A stretch of 64,000 nt of DNA from Bdellovibrio sp. (GCA_036677065.1 JAKFBS010000008.1:96001-160000); one strand, 5' to 3'. Positions 1 to 11,069 are shown, counted from the stretch's first letter. The notes: generated from the sequence alone by a model not told the origin. Made by a program: numbers and translations.

Positions 1-2
1 AA

Positions 3-3000
3 ACAGGAACCGGAACAGTTAGTAACGTCATGGTTGTGCGTGGTGATGGTCATGTGGGTATCGGAACTGCGGCTCCGGGCGGAATATTACATGTCGCAGA
101 TAATACGGCTGCAGATATTCGACTTGAAAATACCAATGCAGTATCTTCTGCGCTTCGTTTGTTAAGTCAAAATGGGATGACTTATTTTCAGTCGGGAGTT
201 AGCTTTGGTGCTGGCTCTACGGCTGACATCCGATTCACTAATATGATGGGCGCGTCGACTTGGATGACGATCCAAGCATCGTCAGGTAATGTGGGTATAG
301 GTACAACAGCGCCAACAGCGAAATTAAATTTAGCTGCAGGTACGACATCAATGGCTCCGTTTAAATTAACTTCGGGTTCTTTATTAACAGCCGCACAAGC
401 TGGTGCGATTGAGTACAATGGTTTTGATTTATACTTTACTGATGGTGCGGGAGTTCGCCGTGCTTTAGCGACGGGCTCAACTCCAAATACGATTGATGAT
501 GCTAGTTTTATTAATGCTTCAGGCAATATCACGATGACGCCGGTTGGATCAGTGGTTGTATCTAGCACGACAGCTTCAACAAATTCTTCGACGGGTGCTT
601 TGATTGTTAAGGGTGGCTTAGGTGTTGCCGGAAACATTTATTCATCAGGCACAATTGTTACTTCGTCAAATATTCAAGGGGCTTTAATCACGGCAACAAG
701 TGCAACGATTACTCCTTATATATATGGATCAGTTGTTTCAGGTGGCTCATTAAGACTTGAATCAACAACACACGTAAATAAAGGAAATACGATAATTAAT
801 GCTCTGGGTGGTAATGTCGGTATCGGTACAACAACACCTACGGCATTATTAAATCCCTATGTGAATTCTTCATTGTATTCACAGTCATTATTTCGAGCCC
901 AGCAAGGTGGCTCATTTGTAGCGATGAATGATTACGTGGCGAATTTGCAAACATACGGAAACAGATCTTCACTTGGAAACGGAACCCAACATGGCTTGTA
1001 TGTTCAAGCGGGTTGGGATACCGATATACAGGCAACAGAAATTGCTCGCTTCTCGGCTTTAAATGGTGGTTTCGTCGATGTGCCACGCATGGTTATTAGA
1101 TCTAGCGGTGAGGTCGGTATCGGTACAACAACACCAGAAGCCACATTAAATGTGATAGGTGCAATTCAAGTTGGAACGCAGTCTGGATACTCTACAAACT
1201 TAGGTTCAAACTCTTTATCATTTCAGCGTACCGCCGCATCGGGTACGTACAGTTACATCGACCAAAAAGGTATTGGCGGTGGTATCATGTTTAGAACAAG
1301 CCAAGCGACTGTTCAAGATACACAGGCGATGGCATTAACTGCTTCAGGAAGCTTAGGTATTGGTACAACTACACCGCGACAAAAATTAGACATTGTTGGT
1401 GTTGCAGAAGCTGCTTCGGGCACGGCGACTAAAGGATCTTTTGTCGTTGGTGCAGCTTCGACAAATGGAGTTCTGAATATGGGTGTGGCTAACCCAGGAA
1501 CTTTTTATTCTTGGATTCAATCGCGTCACGCTTCTTCGGCAAATTATTATAATCTAAGTTTAAATCCCGAAGGTGGTAATGTCGGTATCGGTACAAGTGC
1601 GCCTTCAGCTTTATTGACTATGAGTGCTTCGACTAACGGTGATGCTGAATTGTTAATTGAAGCAGATACTGATGATAATAATGAAGGCGACAATCCATTT
1701 ATCCATTTTAAACAAGATGGAAATCTTATTCATGGTTATCTGGGGTTTTCAGGTAATGCCAACGAAGCGTTTAATTTAACTGTTAATGATGTGGCGACTA
1801 ATTCTTTAGTTATGAATTCAGTAGCTTCACCACTATTTTTGGCAACTTCTAATACCGCAAGATTATCGATTGCAACAAGCGGTAATGTCGGTATTGGTAT
1901 CGGCAATGCATCAGCAAAATTGCATTTAGCTTCTGGAACAGCAACGGCCAATACAGCGCCGCTTAAATTTACATCTGGCACTTTAATGTCATCAGCTCAG
2001 GCCGGTGCCATGGAGTATGATGGTATTGATTTCTATATCACAGATGGAAACAGCATCCGAAGAACAATCGCAACAGCAACAACTGCAGGAACACTAGATA
2101 ACATTTCAGTAGTATCTTCGACAGGTGGAATCGCTTTATGGCCTGCCGCAGGTAATAGCGTAACTGTTTCTGCAACAACAGCTTCAACAAATTCAGCAAC
2201 GGGTGCCTTGATTGTTAAAGGCGGCTTAGGTGTAGCCGGAAATATTTATTCATCAGGCACAATTATTACTTCTTCAAATATTCAAGGGGCTTCGATCACA
2301 GCAACAACTGGAATGATTACGCCGTATGTGTACGGATCGATCGTATCGGGTGGCTCATTACGATTAGAGGCAACAACTCACGCTTCAAAAGGCAGTGTGC
2401 TATTAGCCAGCGGTGGTGGCAATGTCGGTATTCGCACGGCGATCCCGTCGGCAAATTTAGATATTGGTGGCGGTGAAGCGGCTGATGAAAAACGTTTAGC
2501 TTTTTCAGCTTCTGATAATTCAGACCGTTTTTATATTGAAACTGATTTGGAAGCATCAACGAATTCGGATCGATTAGGTTTTAGATCACTAACAACAGAT
2601 AATATTTTACTTATGACCGGCGCAGGTAATGTCGGTTTAGGAACAGCTTCACCACAGGTTATGTTAACTGTTGATGATTCAAACGGAACTGTTTCGTCGC
2701 CTTATGTAACATCGACTGATAAACTAGCTGTTATAGGTACAGGTAATGCGGTCGTTCAGGTGACAACGCCAAATAACCAATCAGGCGCGATTTATTTCTC
2801 GGATCCAGAAAGTCGTGATCCTGGCGGCGTTGCTTATAGTCATTTATTAGATGCTATGGTTTTTAGAGCCAACGGTGCAACACGAATGACTATAACCGCG
2901 TCCGGTAATGTCGGTGTCGGTACAGGAAGCCCAGCGACTAATTTGCATGTTTTTGCACCTGACAATGCTATTGCCGAGCTTGCAGTGACTGGTTCTGCCC

Positions 3001-4514
3001 AGGGATCTGGTGTGATTTTTGTCGGGCAATCAGCTACTTTTGGCGCCGGCATGTTATACAACGGTGACGATGCTCCTGATCAGTTAGGCACAAGTGACGA
3101 TGTAGTTTTCTTTCGTCGTGATGCGGGAGTCGATCACGAAGTTTTTAAATATAGATATAATTCAAGTAATGTTACTTTTGCAGGTAATATCGGTCTCGGC
3201 ACATCATCTCCAGTAGTGCGATTCGATTTAGGAACGGCTTCTGCAAATACAACCACGGCGATATTTGCGCGTGCAGCTGACCCGAATTTTCGCATGGAAG
3301 CCGTAACTGGTGTTGCGACGAATGTTAACGGAGACCTTATCGGTAAACTAGGTATGCGCTATGCAACATCTGGCGCAGATACGGCACTGTTAAAATTTTA
3401 TCGTGGTACGACTTCTTATGACGGCGCTGTTGCTATTACGACTTCAGGCACAGATCGATTCATAGTTAAAGGTGATGGTAATGTCGGTATCGGTACTGCT
3501 GCACCAACGCAAGTATTTGATGTCGTTAAAACAACAGGTGATGCAAACATTCGAATGAAAACTGATGCAGGCGATTCAGATGCCGGTTTAATTTTACAAA
3601 ATGATGCAAGAACTTGGAAAATTAATAATAAAGCCGGCTATTCGGATGCATTAGCTTTTGAAGATGTGAACTCAGGTGTGACAGCAATGGTTATGGAAAA
3701 AGTTACTGGTTATGTAGGTATTGGAACTGTAGATCCTGCATACAAGTTAGATGTATCTGGCGGTATTCGTGTGCTTGCAGGCAATGGATCAAATTTTTGG
3801 TCAGAGCGTTCTGATTCTGAATACGATATTCAGCAGGCGGCGGGCTCAGTAAAACGTGGCTTCACAGTTCATCCTTCTACAACAGGTGGAGACGTTGTTA
3901 ACTTTTATGCGAACAATGCAGGTTCATATGTGCAAGCATTAACAATTAGAAATGTGACCGGCAGAGTTGGTATCCAAAATGCAAATCCACTTTATCCACT
4001 AGAGGTTGGCGGAGATATAAGCATCGCTACGGGTTCAAGTTTGCGTTTCGGTGCAACAGTAGTTTGTACGAGTGCAGGTTGCACATCATCTTCTGATAAA
4101 CGGTTAAAAGAAAATATTCAGCCGTTAGATTTTTCATTAGAGAAATTATTATCGTTAAATGCAGTTCAGTACGACTGGAAAGATAAAGCTAAATTTGGTG
4201 ATAAACATCAAATTGGTCTTATCGCCCAAGATTTAGAAAAAGTTTATCCAGAAGTGGTGTATACAGATAAAGACTCAGGTTTTAAAGCTGTAGCCTACGA
4301 TAAATTGGTAGCTCCAATCATCGAAGCATTAAAAGTTTTTAATAAGCGCATCGCTCAGCTGTTTGACCGCACAGAAAAAAATGCGCGTGAAATTGCTTCT
4401 GTTAAAGAAGAAAACGCCGAATTAAAAGCGCGCGTCGAAAAATCAGAAAAAGAAAATGCTGAACTGAAAAAACGTTTAGAACGTATTGAAAAAGCTTTAT
4501 TAAACACAAAGTAA
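3..4514 (+). CDS. MAT-like trimeric fibre adhesin with C-terminal peptidase S74 intramolecular chaperone and coiled coil; 5'-truncated by the window edge
   Basis: The frame is open from position 3. Many GNVGIGTxxP repeats. C-terminal SSDKRLKENI...IGLIAQDLEKVYPEVV...YDKLVAPIIEALK matches the S74 chaperone, followed by a heptad coiled coil. Confidence 0.9.
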   Translation, partial: TGTGTVSNVMVVRGDGHVGIGTAAPGGILHVADNTAADIRLENTNAVSSALRLLSQNGMTYFQSGVSFGAGSTADIRFTNMMGASTWMTIQASSGNVGIGTTAPTAKLNLAAGTTSMAPFKLTSGSLLTAAQAGAIEYNGFDLYFTDGAGVRRALATGSTPNTIDDASFINASGNITMTPVGSVVVSSTTASTNSSTGALIVKGGLGVAGNIYSSGTIVTSSNIQGALITATSATITPYIYGSVVSGGSLRLESTTHVNKGNTIINALGGNVGIGTTTPTALLNPYVNSSLYSQSLFRAQQGGSFVAMNDYVANLQTYGNRSSLGNGTQHGLYVQAGWDTDIQATEIARFSALNGGFVDVPRMVIRSSGEVGIGTTTPEATLNVIGAIQVGTQSGYSTNLGSNSLSFQRTAASGTYSYIDQKGIGGGIMFRTSQATVQDTQAMALTASGSLGIGTTTPRQKLDIVGVAEAASGTATKGSFVVGAASTNGVLNMGVANPGTFYSWIQSRHASSANYYNLSLNPEGGNVGIGTSAPSALLTMSASTNGDAELLIEADTDDNNEGDNPFIHFKQDGNLIHGYLGFSGNANEAFNLTVNDVATNSLVMNSVASPLFLATSNTARLSIATSGNVGIGIGNASAKLHLASGTATANTAPLKFTSGTLMSSAQAGAMEYDGIDFYITDGNSIRRTIATATTAGTLDNISVVSSTGGIALWPAAGNSVTVSATTASTNSATGALIVKGGLGVAGNIYSSGTIITSSNIQGASITATTGMITPYVYGSIVSGGSLRLEATTHASKGSVLLASGGGNVGIRTAIPSANLDIGGGEAADEKRLAFSASDNSDRFYIETDLEASTNSDRLGFRSLTTDNILLMTGAGNVGLGTASPQVMLTVDDSNGTVSSPYVTSTDKLAVIGTGNAVVQVTTPNNQSGAIYFSDPESRDPGGVAYSHLLDAMVFRANGATRMTITASGNVGVGTGSPATNLHVFAPDNAIAELAVTGSAQGSGVIFVGQSATFGAGMLYNGDDAPDQLGTSDDVVFFRRDAGVDHEVFKYRYNSSNVTFAGNIGLGTSSPVVRFDLGTASANTTTAIFARAADPNFRMEAVTGVATNVNGDLIGKLGMRYATSGADTALLKFYRGTTSYDGAVAITTSGTDRFIVKGDGNVGIGTAAPTQVFDVVKTTGDANIRMKTDAGDSDAGLILQNDARTWKINNKAGYSDALAFEDVNSGVTAMVMEKVTGYVGIGTVDPAYKLDVSGGIRVLAGNGSNFWSERSDSEYDIQQAAGSVKRGFTVHPSTTGGDVVNFYANNAGSYVQALTIRNVTGRVGIQNANPLYPLEVGGDISIATGSSLRFGATVVCTSAGCTSSSDKRLKENIQPLDFSLEKLLSLNAVQYDWKDKAKFGDKHQIGLIAQDLEKVYPEVVYTDKDSGFKAVAYDKLVAPIIEALKVFNKRIAQLFDRTEKNAREIASVKEENAELKARVEKSEKENAELKKRLERIEKALLNTK

Positions 4515-4528
4515 TGTCATATTAGATA

Positions 4529-4543
4529 GTCTCAAAGTGAGAC
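4529..4543. promoter_or_regulatory. Perfect palindrome GTCTCA-AAG-TGAGAC, putative regulator binding site
   Basis: Seen directly; related copies at 7335, 22630, 42687 and 52393, all upstream of exported-protein genes. Confidence 0.6.
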
Positions 4544-4608
4544 TTCGTTCTCAGTCCTAATCTGCGGTTAAATTCTAGATAAATTATAAAGAGCTTCTTA
4601 ATATACGC

Positions 4609-4636
4609 TCAACTAAAGTCTTAATTCTGTCGATTA
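4609..4636 (+). promoter_or_regulatory. Putative sigma28 (FliA)-type promoter
   Basis: TCAAC-N15-GTCGATTA, ending 8 nt before ATG 4645. Confidence 0.55.
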
Positions 4637-4644
4637 GTTATACG

Positions 4645-7258
4645 ATGTTTAAGAAGCCGTACATTTTATCACGAACATTTATTTTATTTCAGCTTTGTTA
4701 AGCTTAAATATTTCACATGCAGCTGACATGGGTGTTCCGATTCAATTAAAATTACGTCGCCAGATTTAAGTTATCCATCAGATACGGGTTTATCAGTTAA
4801 AGTTCACATTCTTACAAGTGCCGGTTGTGTTTTGCGCGAAGAAGATTTTACTAACCGCACAATCAGTGAAGGTAACATTTCATTAATGTTAGGTTCAGGT
4901 ATCCCGACAGTAGGTAATGACCCCGGATTAACTCTAAATGCTGTCTATAATAATACCGTCACAAAAACTGGTCTAAATTGTATTAATGCAGCTAATGTGG
5001 TCACTTTAACAAATCAAACTTATATACCATCTGCAACTGATGGTCGCATTATGCGTGTGACGACAACAATTAATACCGATGAAATCATTGCTAATTTTAA
5101 TATGAAATCTTTGCCTTACGCGATTCAAGCAGAATCAGTGGGCGGTAAAGAAGGCGCTGATATTTTAATTAGAAATACCGGCACCCAATTAAGCCAGGCT
5201 AATCTAGAAAATTTATTAGGTGATGCGACTAAATTAACTAATCTTTTAAATATCGCAAACAGCGGTCAGGCGATCACTGCAGCAACTGCAACAAGCGCAA
5301 CTAATGCCACAAACGCCACAAATGCAGCAACAGCAGTTGATTTTTCTGGAAGTTTAGCAGGCGATGTAACAGGAATTCAATCCGCTACGGTGGTTAGTAA
5401 ACTGCGTGGTGTAAATTTATCAGCGACAGCGCCGACATCAGGACAAGTTTTAGCTTATGATGGCAGTCAGTATATTCCAACGACGCCAGCGGCAGCTGCT
5501 GTAACCAGTGTTAACGGGCAAACAGGTGCTGTTGTATTAAATGCTTCACATATCGCTGGCGCTTTAACAAGCGCCTCAGCGTTAACAGGTGATGTGACCG
5601 GAAATATTTCTGCAACAGTGGTATCCAGTGTTGGCGGAAAATCTGCAGCCGCTGTTGCAACAACAGTTAATGATGTGGCATCGGCCACAGCGAATGCTAC
5701 AGCAAGCACATTAGTAAAGCGTGATGCTTCAGGAAATATTACCGCCAGTACAATGTCGGCAACAAATAATTCAACCCAAAATATTTATCTTTATGAAGTG
5801 ACAAACACGAATTACGTTCGCATTAAAGCCCCAAATATTTTTTCAAATTATATTTTAACTTTACCAACAGATGATGGTGCTAATGGCCAGATGTTACAAA
5901 CTGATGGCAGTGGTAATTTATCTTGGGCAGCACCGGGCGGTGTTACAAGTGCTTCAATCATTACAGCCTTAGGTTATACTCCGGCTGATAATGCAGCTCT
6001 TGCAAATTATCCAACTAAAGCCAATAACTTATCTGATTTAGCATCAGCAACAGTAGCGCGCACAAATTTAGGTTTAGGCGATGCAGCTATGTTAAATGTT
6101 GGTGCAATCGGTAGTACAGTAGCCGCAGGTGATGATGTAAGAATCACGGGCGCCTTATCACAAACTAGTTTTAATGCCTATGTCGCTTCAGCAAGTTGTA
6201 CGACGGCACAAACAATGTATTGGAACAGCGTAAGCAGCACTTTTTCATGTCAAAGCATAGCGCTATCATCTGGAACTGTTATTGCAGCTTTAGGCTATAC
6301 ACCCGCAAATAGTGCGACGGCCTTATCAACTTCGACAAGTTTTTCTGGTGATGTTTCAGGAAATTACAATTCAACCGTTTTAGCAAATTCTGGTGTAGCT
6401 GCCGGAACATACGCAATGGTAACAGTTGATGCTAAAGGCCGTGTTACAAGCGGCAATGCCTTAACTAATACTAATATAACAACGGCATTAGGTTTTACAC
6501 CAATTTCAAATTCATTAACTAGTGCGCAAATGTATTTAGGTAACGGATCAAATGTCGCAGCAGCAGTAACGATGTCAGGTGATGCTACAATCGCAAATAC
6601 AGGTGCTGTAACGTTAAAAAATACAGGTACAGCTGGAACATACGGTGCTTCGAATACGGCCCTTACGGTGACTACAGATGCTCAAGGCCGCGTTACCGCG
6701 GTCAGTTCAAATCCAGTCACGATTGTTGCATCACAAGTCACTAACTTTGCGGCCACTGTTATTGCGACTGTATTGCCGGGCTTCTCGACAGGAACAGTCG
6801 CCGCAGTCACTGCAGCAGATTCAATTTTAGTGGCCATCGGTAAATTACAAGCGCAGCTAAACACCATATTAAATCCAGCGACCACAATGGTGACAGGTGC
6901 TGGAAGTAATGTCACGACGACGTCCACAACTGATGTATTGATGACAGGGATGACGATTACTCCTGCAGCGGGAACATATCAAGTGAACTTCGTAACCTCA
7001 GTTACACACGGCACTGCTGATGCGAGTGTTTCTATTTCAATTTATTCAGGTGGTTCGATTTTAGCAGCATCAACAATGCTGGCAATTCCGAAAGTTTCTT
7101 CAAGCTTTGGAGCGCCGGTCGCAGCGACTTTAAATCACACGACAATGGGTGAAGTTACTGTAAACGGTGCCCAGGCCATCGAAATTCGCTGGAAAACTTC
7201 GGCAGGAACAGCGACATCAGTCAGTAACCGAATGCTGTTAATTCACAGAATTCGCTAG
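4645..7258 (+). CDS. MAT-like fibre adhesin whose 5' end is split by two apparent 1-bp homopolymer deletions (sequencing error or pseudogene); the intact downstream frame is 4832-7258
   Basis: Adding one T to T4 (4682-4685) and one A to A4 (4748-4751) gives MFKKPYILSRTFIFISALLSLNISHA-ADMGVPIQLKITSPD...GCVLREE, collinear with the 7692 paralogue. Contains LGYTP, NNLSDL-ARTNLGL and VTVDAKGRVT fibre repeats. Confidence 0.8.
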
Positions 7259-7444
7259 TGCTCTAAATTAGAGTCACGACTCTAGACAATAAATCAAAGC
7301 TGCAAAATCTACCTAGACGCTACCCTGGTCGCGTGTCTCATAATGAAAATCCATGACCATTGTATGAGTTGTTAATTAATGTCAGTGAAATAGCTTTAAA
7401 TATATAAACTGATTCGCTAGAATTTATATATAGGACGTTGCCTG

Positions 7445-7699
7445 ATGAAGACTGTTTTAACATTATTTCCAATTTTATTTTTAGTTGCGTGTACCGGGCC
7501 GGGTGCAGACTCTGGATTTGCTCCAGGAGCTGTTCAAGCGCCTGTGTCTGCCACACCAACTACAACTGCAGAGGGTAGTGTTAAATACGGAGAAACCGTA
7601 ACGACTTCAAATAACTGGCAGGTTTCTCATGATAATGCTGATCCGGTAGAACAAAAGACCTTATCGAATGGTTGGACTGTGGAAGTAAAATATGAATAG
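7445..7699 (+). CDS. Small lipoprotein (84 aa), overlapping and probably translationally coupled to the fibre gene
   Basis: Lipobox LVAC; AGGA RBS; 8-nt overlap with ATG 7692. Confidence 0.75.
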   Translation: MKTVLTLFPILFLVACTGPGADSGFAPGAVQAPVSATPTTTAEGSVKYGETVTTSNNWQVSHDNADPVEQKTLSNGWTVEVKYE

Positions 7700-10600
7700 G
7701 TTCTTAAGTATTGTTTTTTTAGTTTTATTCGCAGCTGTTTCTCACGCCGTTGAGATGGGTGTACCGATTCAATTAAAATTAAAAGATCCATCTGGTGTTT
7801 ATCCTGATGCATCCGGTGTTACTTTTACTGTTCGAATTTTAACTCCAAATGATGGCTGTGTTTTACGTGAAGAGGCTTTTTCAAATCAAACCGTAGTTAG
7901 CGGTACAGTTTCTTTAGCTTTAGGTACCGGTTCACGCGCGGGTGATGATCCAAATCTTACGCTTACACAGGTATATGATAATTCGACTAATAAAAGTGGT
8001 TTAGATTGTGTGGATATAAATAATAATCCAGGGCTTTTAAATCAAACTTATATTCCGGCAGCAACAGACACGCGCGTTATCCGCGTAAGCACTACAGATC
8101 TTGGTACTCCGATTATTGTTGATTTTATCCAGCGTGCAACGCCATATGCAATTCACGCTGAATCAGTAGGTGGCAAAGTCGCCGCTGATATCTTAGTGCA
8201 AAATGGTTCAACGGCTTTAACTCAAGCTAATTTAGAAGACATCTTTGCTAACCCAACAAAATTTAATAAACTAAAAAATATCGCTGCTAATGGTATGGCT
8301 GATAATGCCGTAACAGCAACTACTGCAACGAATGCTGCTAACTTTACCGGAAATTTAACCGGCGATGTCACTGGCACAATGTCAGCAACAGTTGTTGGTT
8401 CTATTCGCGGCGTTGTTGTTGCCGCAACGGCTCCGGCCTCTGGTCAGGTACTAGCTTATAATGGCTCGCAGTACGTGCCGATGACTTTTTCAGCAAGCGC
8501 TCCGGTAAGCAGTGTGAATGGTCAAACAGGTGCCGTCGTTTTAAATGCAGCGACGATCGGAGCAGTAACAAGTGCAACGTCATTATTAGGTGATGTAACA
8601 GGTAATGTTTCTGCGACAGTGGTATCTAGTGTTGGTGGAAAATCTGCAGCAGCAGTAGCAACGGCAGTAACTGATGTAACTTCATCTACAACTCTGCCAA
8701 CAGCCAGCACGATCGCAAGACGTGATGCCAGCGGAAGTTTAGCCGCAATTAATTTATTAGCGACAAACAACTCAACACAAAATATTTATTTATTCGAAGG
8801 ATCAAACACCAACAGTGTTCGTCTTAAAGCTCCAAATAGCTTTGCAGATTATATGTTAGTTCTGCCAACTACAGATGGTAATGTCGGCGAAGTTTTACAA
8901 ACAGATGGTAATGGTAATTTATCCTGGATTCCTGGCGCCGGAAGCGTAACCAGTGCGGCGATTGTTACAGCTTTAGGATATACGCCAGCCGACGGCGCTA
9001 TTGTACTTACAAAAAGTAATAATTTAGGTGATTTAGTTTCTGCCACTGTGGCGCGTACAAATTTAGGTTTAAGCGCAGCAGCAACTATGAATGTCGGAAC
9101 AACAGCAGGTACTTTAGCTGCCGGTGACGATGCCCGTATTACCGGAGCTTTACAACAAACCGCTTTTGATGCCTACGTGGCACCAGCGAGTTGTACCGCA
9201 GGTCAATCCATGTACTGGAATAGTGTAAGCAGTGAGTTTACCTGCCAAAATATTTTAGTTTCAGGTGATATTTCAGGAATCGTTTCAAATGCTACAGTAA
9301 CAAAAGTACAAGGTGTGGGCGTAAGCTTTGCGGCTTTAGCAAATAATCACATCATGCAGTACAACGGTTCAAATTTTGTGAACCGCGCAATTCCAACTTG
9401 CGGCGTCGGTGAATATTTAACTTTTAATGGAACAGCTTGGTCATGCGCAGTCGATGCAGGTGGTGGCGGAGCCGTTACTAGTATCAACGTCAATGCACCG
9501 ATTTCTTCAACGGGTGGTTCAACGCCAACTTTATCAATTGTGCAGGCTAATGGTTCAACTAACGGTTACTTAGCAAGTGCTGATTGGACAACATTTAATA
9601 ATAAAGTTTCTGCAACCAGTGCCGCAGTGATTGCAGCCTTAGGTTATACACCAGCTGATAATGCAGCTTCAGGATCTTACGTAGTTAAAGCTAATAACTT
9701 ATCAGATTTAACATCAGCAACTGCTGCACGCACAAATTTAGGTTTAGGCGGAGCAGCGATTCTTAATGTCGGTGCCGCAGCAGGTACAGTAGCCGCAGGT
9801 GATGACGCGCGTATTGCCGATTCCTTATCGCAAACAAATTTTAATACTTACGTAGCTGGTGCAAGTTGTACCGCAGGTCAATCGATGTACTGGAATAGCG
9901 TAAGTTCATTATTTGCCTGTCAAAATATTTTAGTTTCAGGTGATATTTCTGGAATCGTTTCAAACGCTACAGTCACAAAAATTCAAGGCGTAGGCGCAAG
10001 CTTTTCAGCGATCGCCAGTAATCATATTTTGCAATACAACGGCACAAATATTATCAATCGTGCAGTTCCAACCTGTACAGCGACTCAGTATTTAACATTT
10101 AACGGAACAATTTGGTCATGTGCGACTGATATCGGTTCGGCAGGAGTCGTATCTAGTATAGCCGTAACTGCGCCGTTACAAACAACGGGTGGCAATGCTC
10201 CAACATTATCAATGCCGCAAGCTAATGGTTCGACAAACGGTTATTTGGCAAGTGCTGATTGGACAACGTTTAATAATAAAATCACTTCATCGGCTGCAAG
10301 TGTTGCGCAAGTGTTAGGTTTTTCTCCGGCAAATAGCGCAACGATATTAGTTAAATCTAATAACTTATCTGATTTAACAAATGTGGTAACAGCGCGTTCT
10401 AATTTAGGTCTTGGTGGTTTTGCACTCGTATCAAGTTTAGATTTAGGTTCAGCGAGCGCAACCGGAACTTTAGCAACAGCACGTTTACCAGCTTTGACGG
10501 GTGATGTGACTTCAACTGTCGGCACTAATTCGTTAACTGTGACTAAAATTCAAAGTGTGGCTGTGAATGCGGCCGCGCCTGAAGTGGGTGATGCTTTGGT

Positions 10601-11069
10601 TTATAATGGCAGTGAGTGGATTCCGACGCCAGGTCCTCGGTCAAATCGTGTAACAGCCAATCAAAATATCAATGGCACAACATATGTTGACGTTACCAGT
10701 ATGAATTTTCCAGTAGTTAGCGGCAGAACTTATAAATTTAAATTTAATATTCTCTATGCAACAAGTAGTACAACCAGAGGTTTACGTTTAAGAATCAATC
10801 ATGGTGGATCTACGGCGTATTCTGTGTTGTACAGTGTTCCGGCGTCGACAACTTACGGGACTGGCTATATTGCAGCCGGTAGTTACGATGCTTCGGGCGA
10901 TACCTTTACAGCGGCAACAGCAACTCCTGCAGGAATTCAGTTTGCGACTGCCGAAGGTATTATTGTTGCGAGTGCTGATGGAACAGTTCAGTTAGTGGCT
11001 TCGCAAAGTAGTACCGGAAATTTAACTATCTATGCGGGTTCAGTTGTTGAGTTCAGAGAAATTCCATAA
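7692..11069 (+). CDS. MAT-like fibre adhesin (1125 aa) with a 225-aa internal duplication and a beta-rich tip domain (BclA/C1q-like by pattern)
   Basis: Sec signal ending VSHA; PYA motif; Cys-pair modules; LGYTP and NNLSDL-ARTNLGL repeats. Confidence 0.88.
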   Translation: MNRFLSIVFLVLFAAVSHAVEMGVPIQLKLKDPSGVYPDASGVTFTVRILTPNDGCVLREEAFSNQTVVSGTVSLALGTGSRAGDDPNLTLTQVYDNSTNKSGLDCVDINNNPGLLNQTYIPAATDTRVIRVSTTDLGTPIIVDFIQRATPYAIHAESVGGKVAADILVQNGSTALTQANLEDIFANPTKFNKLKNIAANGMADNAVTATTATNAANFTGNLTGDVTGTMSATVVGSIRGVVVAATAPASGQVLAYNGSQYVPMTFSASAPVSSVNGQTGAVVLNAATIGAVTSATSLLGDVTGNVSATVVSSVGGKSAAAVATAVTDVTSSTTLPTASTIARRDASGSLAAINLLATNNSTQNIYLFEGSNTNSVRLKAPNSFADYMLVLPTTDGNVGEVLQTDGNGNLSWIPGAGSVTSAAIVTALGYTPADGAIVLTKSNNLGDLVSATVARTNLGLSAAATMNVGTTAGTLAAGDDARITGALQQTAFDAYVAPASCTAGQSMYWNSVSSEFTCQNILVSGDISGIVSNATVTKVQGVGVSFAALANNHIMQYNGSNFVNRAIPTCGVGEYLTFNGTAWSCAVDAGGGGAVTSINVNAPISSTGGSTPTLSIVQANGSTNGYLASADWTTFNNKVSATSAAVIAALGYTPADNAASGSYVVKANNLSDLTSATAARTNLGLGGAAILNVGAAAGTVAAGDDARIADSLSQTNFNTYVAGASCTAGQSMYWNSVSSLFACQNILVSGDISGIVSNATVTKIQGVGASFSAIASNHILQYNGTNIINRAVPTCTATQYLTFNGTIWSCATDIGSAGVVSSIAVTAPLQTTGGNAPTLSMPQANGSTNGYLASADWTTFNNKITSSAASVAQVLGFSPANSATILVKSNNLSDLTNVVTARSNLGLGGFALVSSLDLGSASATGTLATARLPALTGDVTSTVGTNSLTVTKIQSVAVNAAAPEVGDALVYNGSEWIPTPGPRSNRVTANQNINGTTYVDVTSMNFPVVSGRTYKFKFNILYATSSTTRGLRLRINHGGSTAYSVLYSVPASTTYGTGYIAAGSYDASGDTFTAATATPAGIQFATAEGIIVASADGTVQLVASQSSTGNLTIYAGSVVEFREIP

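Noticed and set aside
188..10995. Many short antisense or alternative-frame ORFs over the fibre genes (also at 44020-46023 and 53338-57532)
   Set aside because: Shadow ORFs produced by Ala/Thr/Gly/Val-rich codon usage; no RBS or recognisable motifs.
3..11069. Prophage or tailocin interpretation of the tail-fibre-like and S74 genes
   Set aside because: No capsid, terminase, sheath, baseplate, integrase or lysis genes; the fibres with visible N-termini carry Sec signal peptides.
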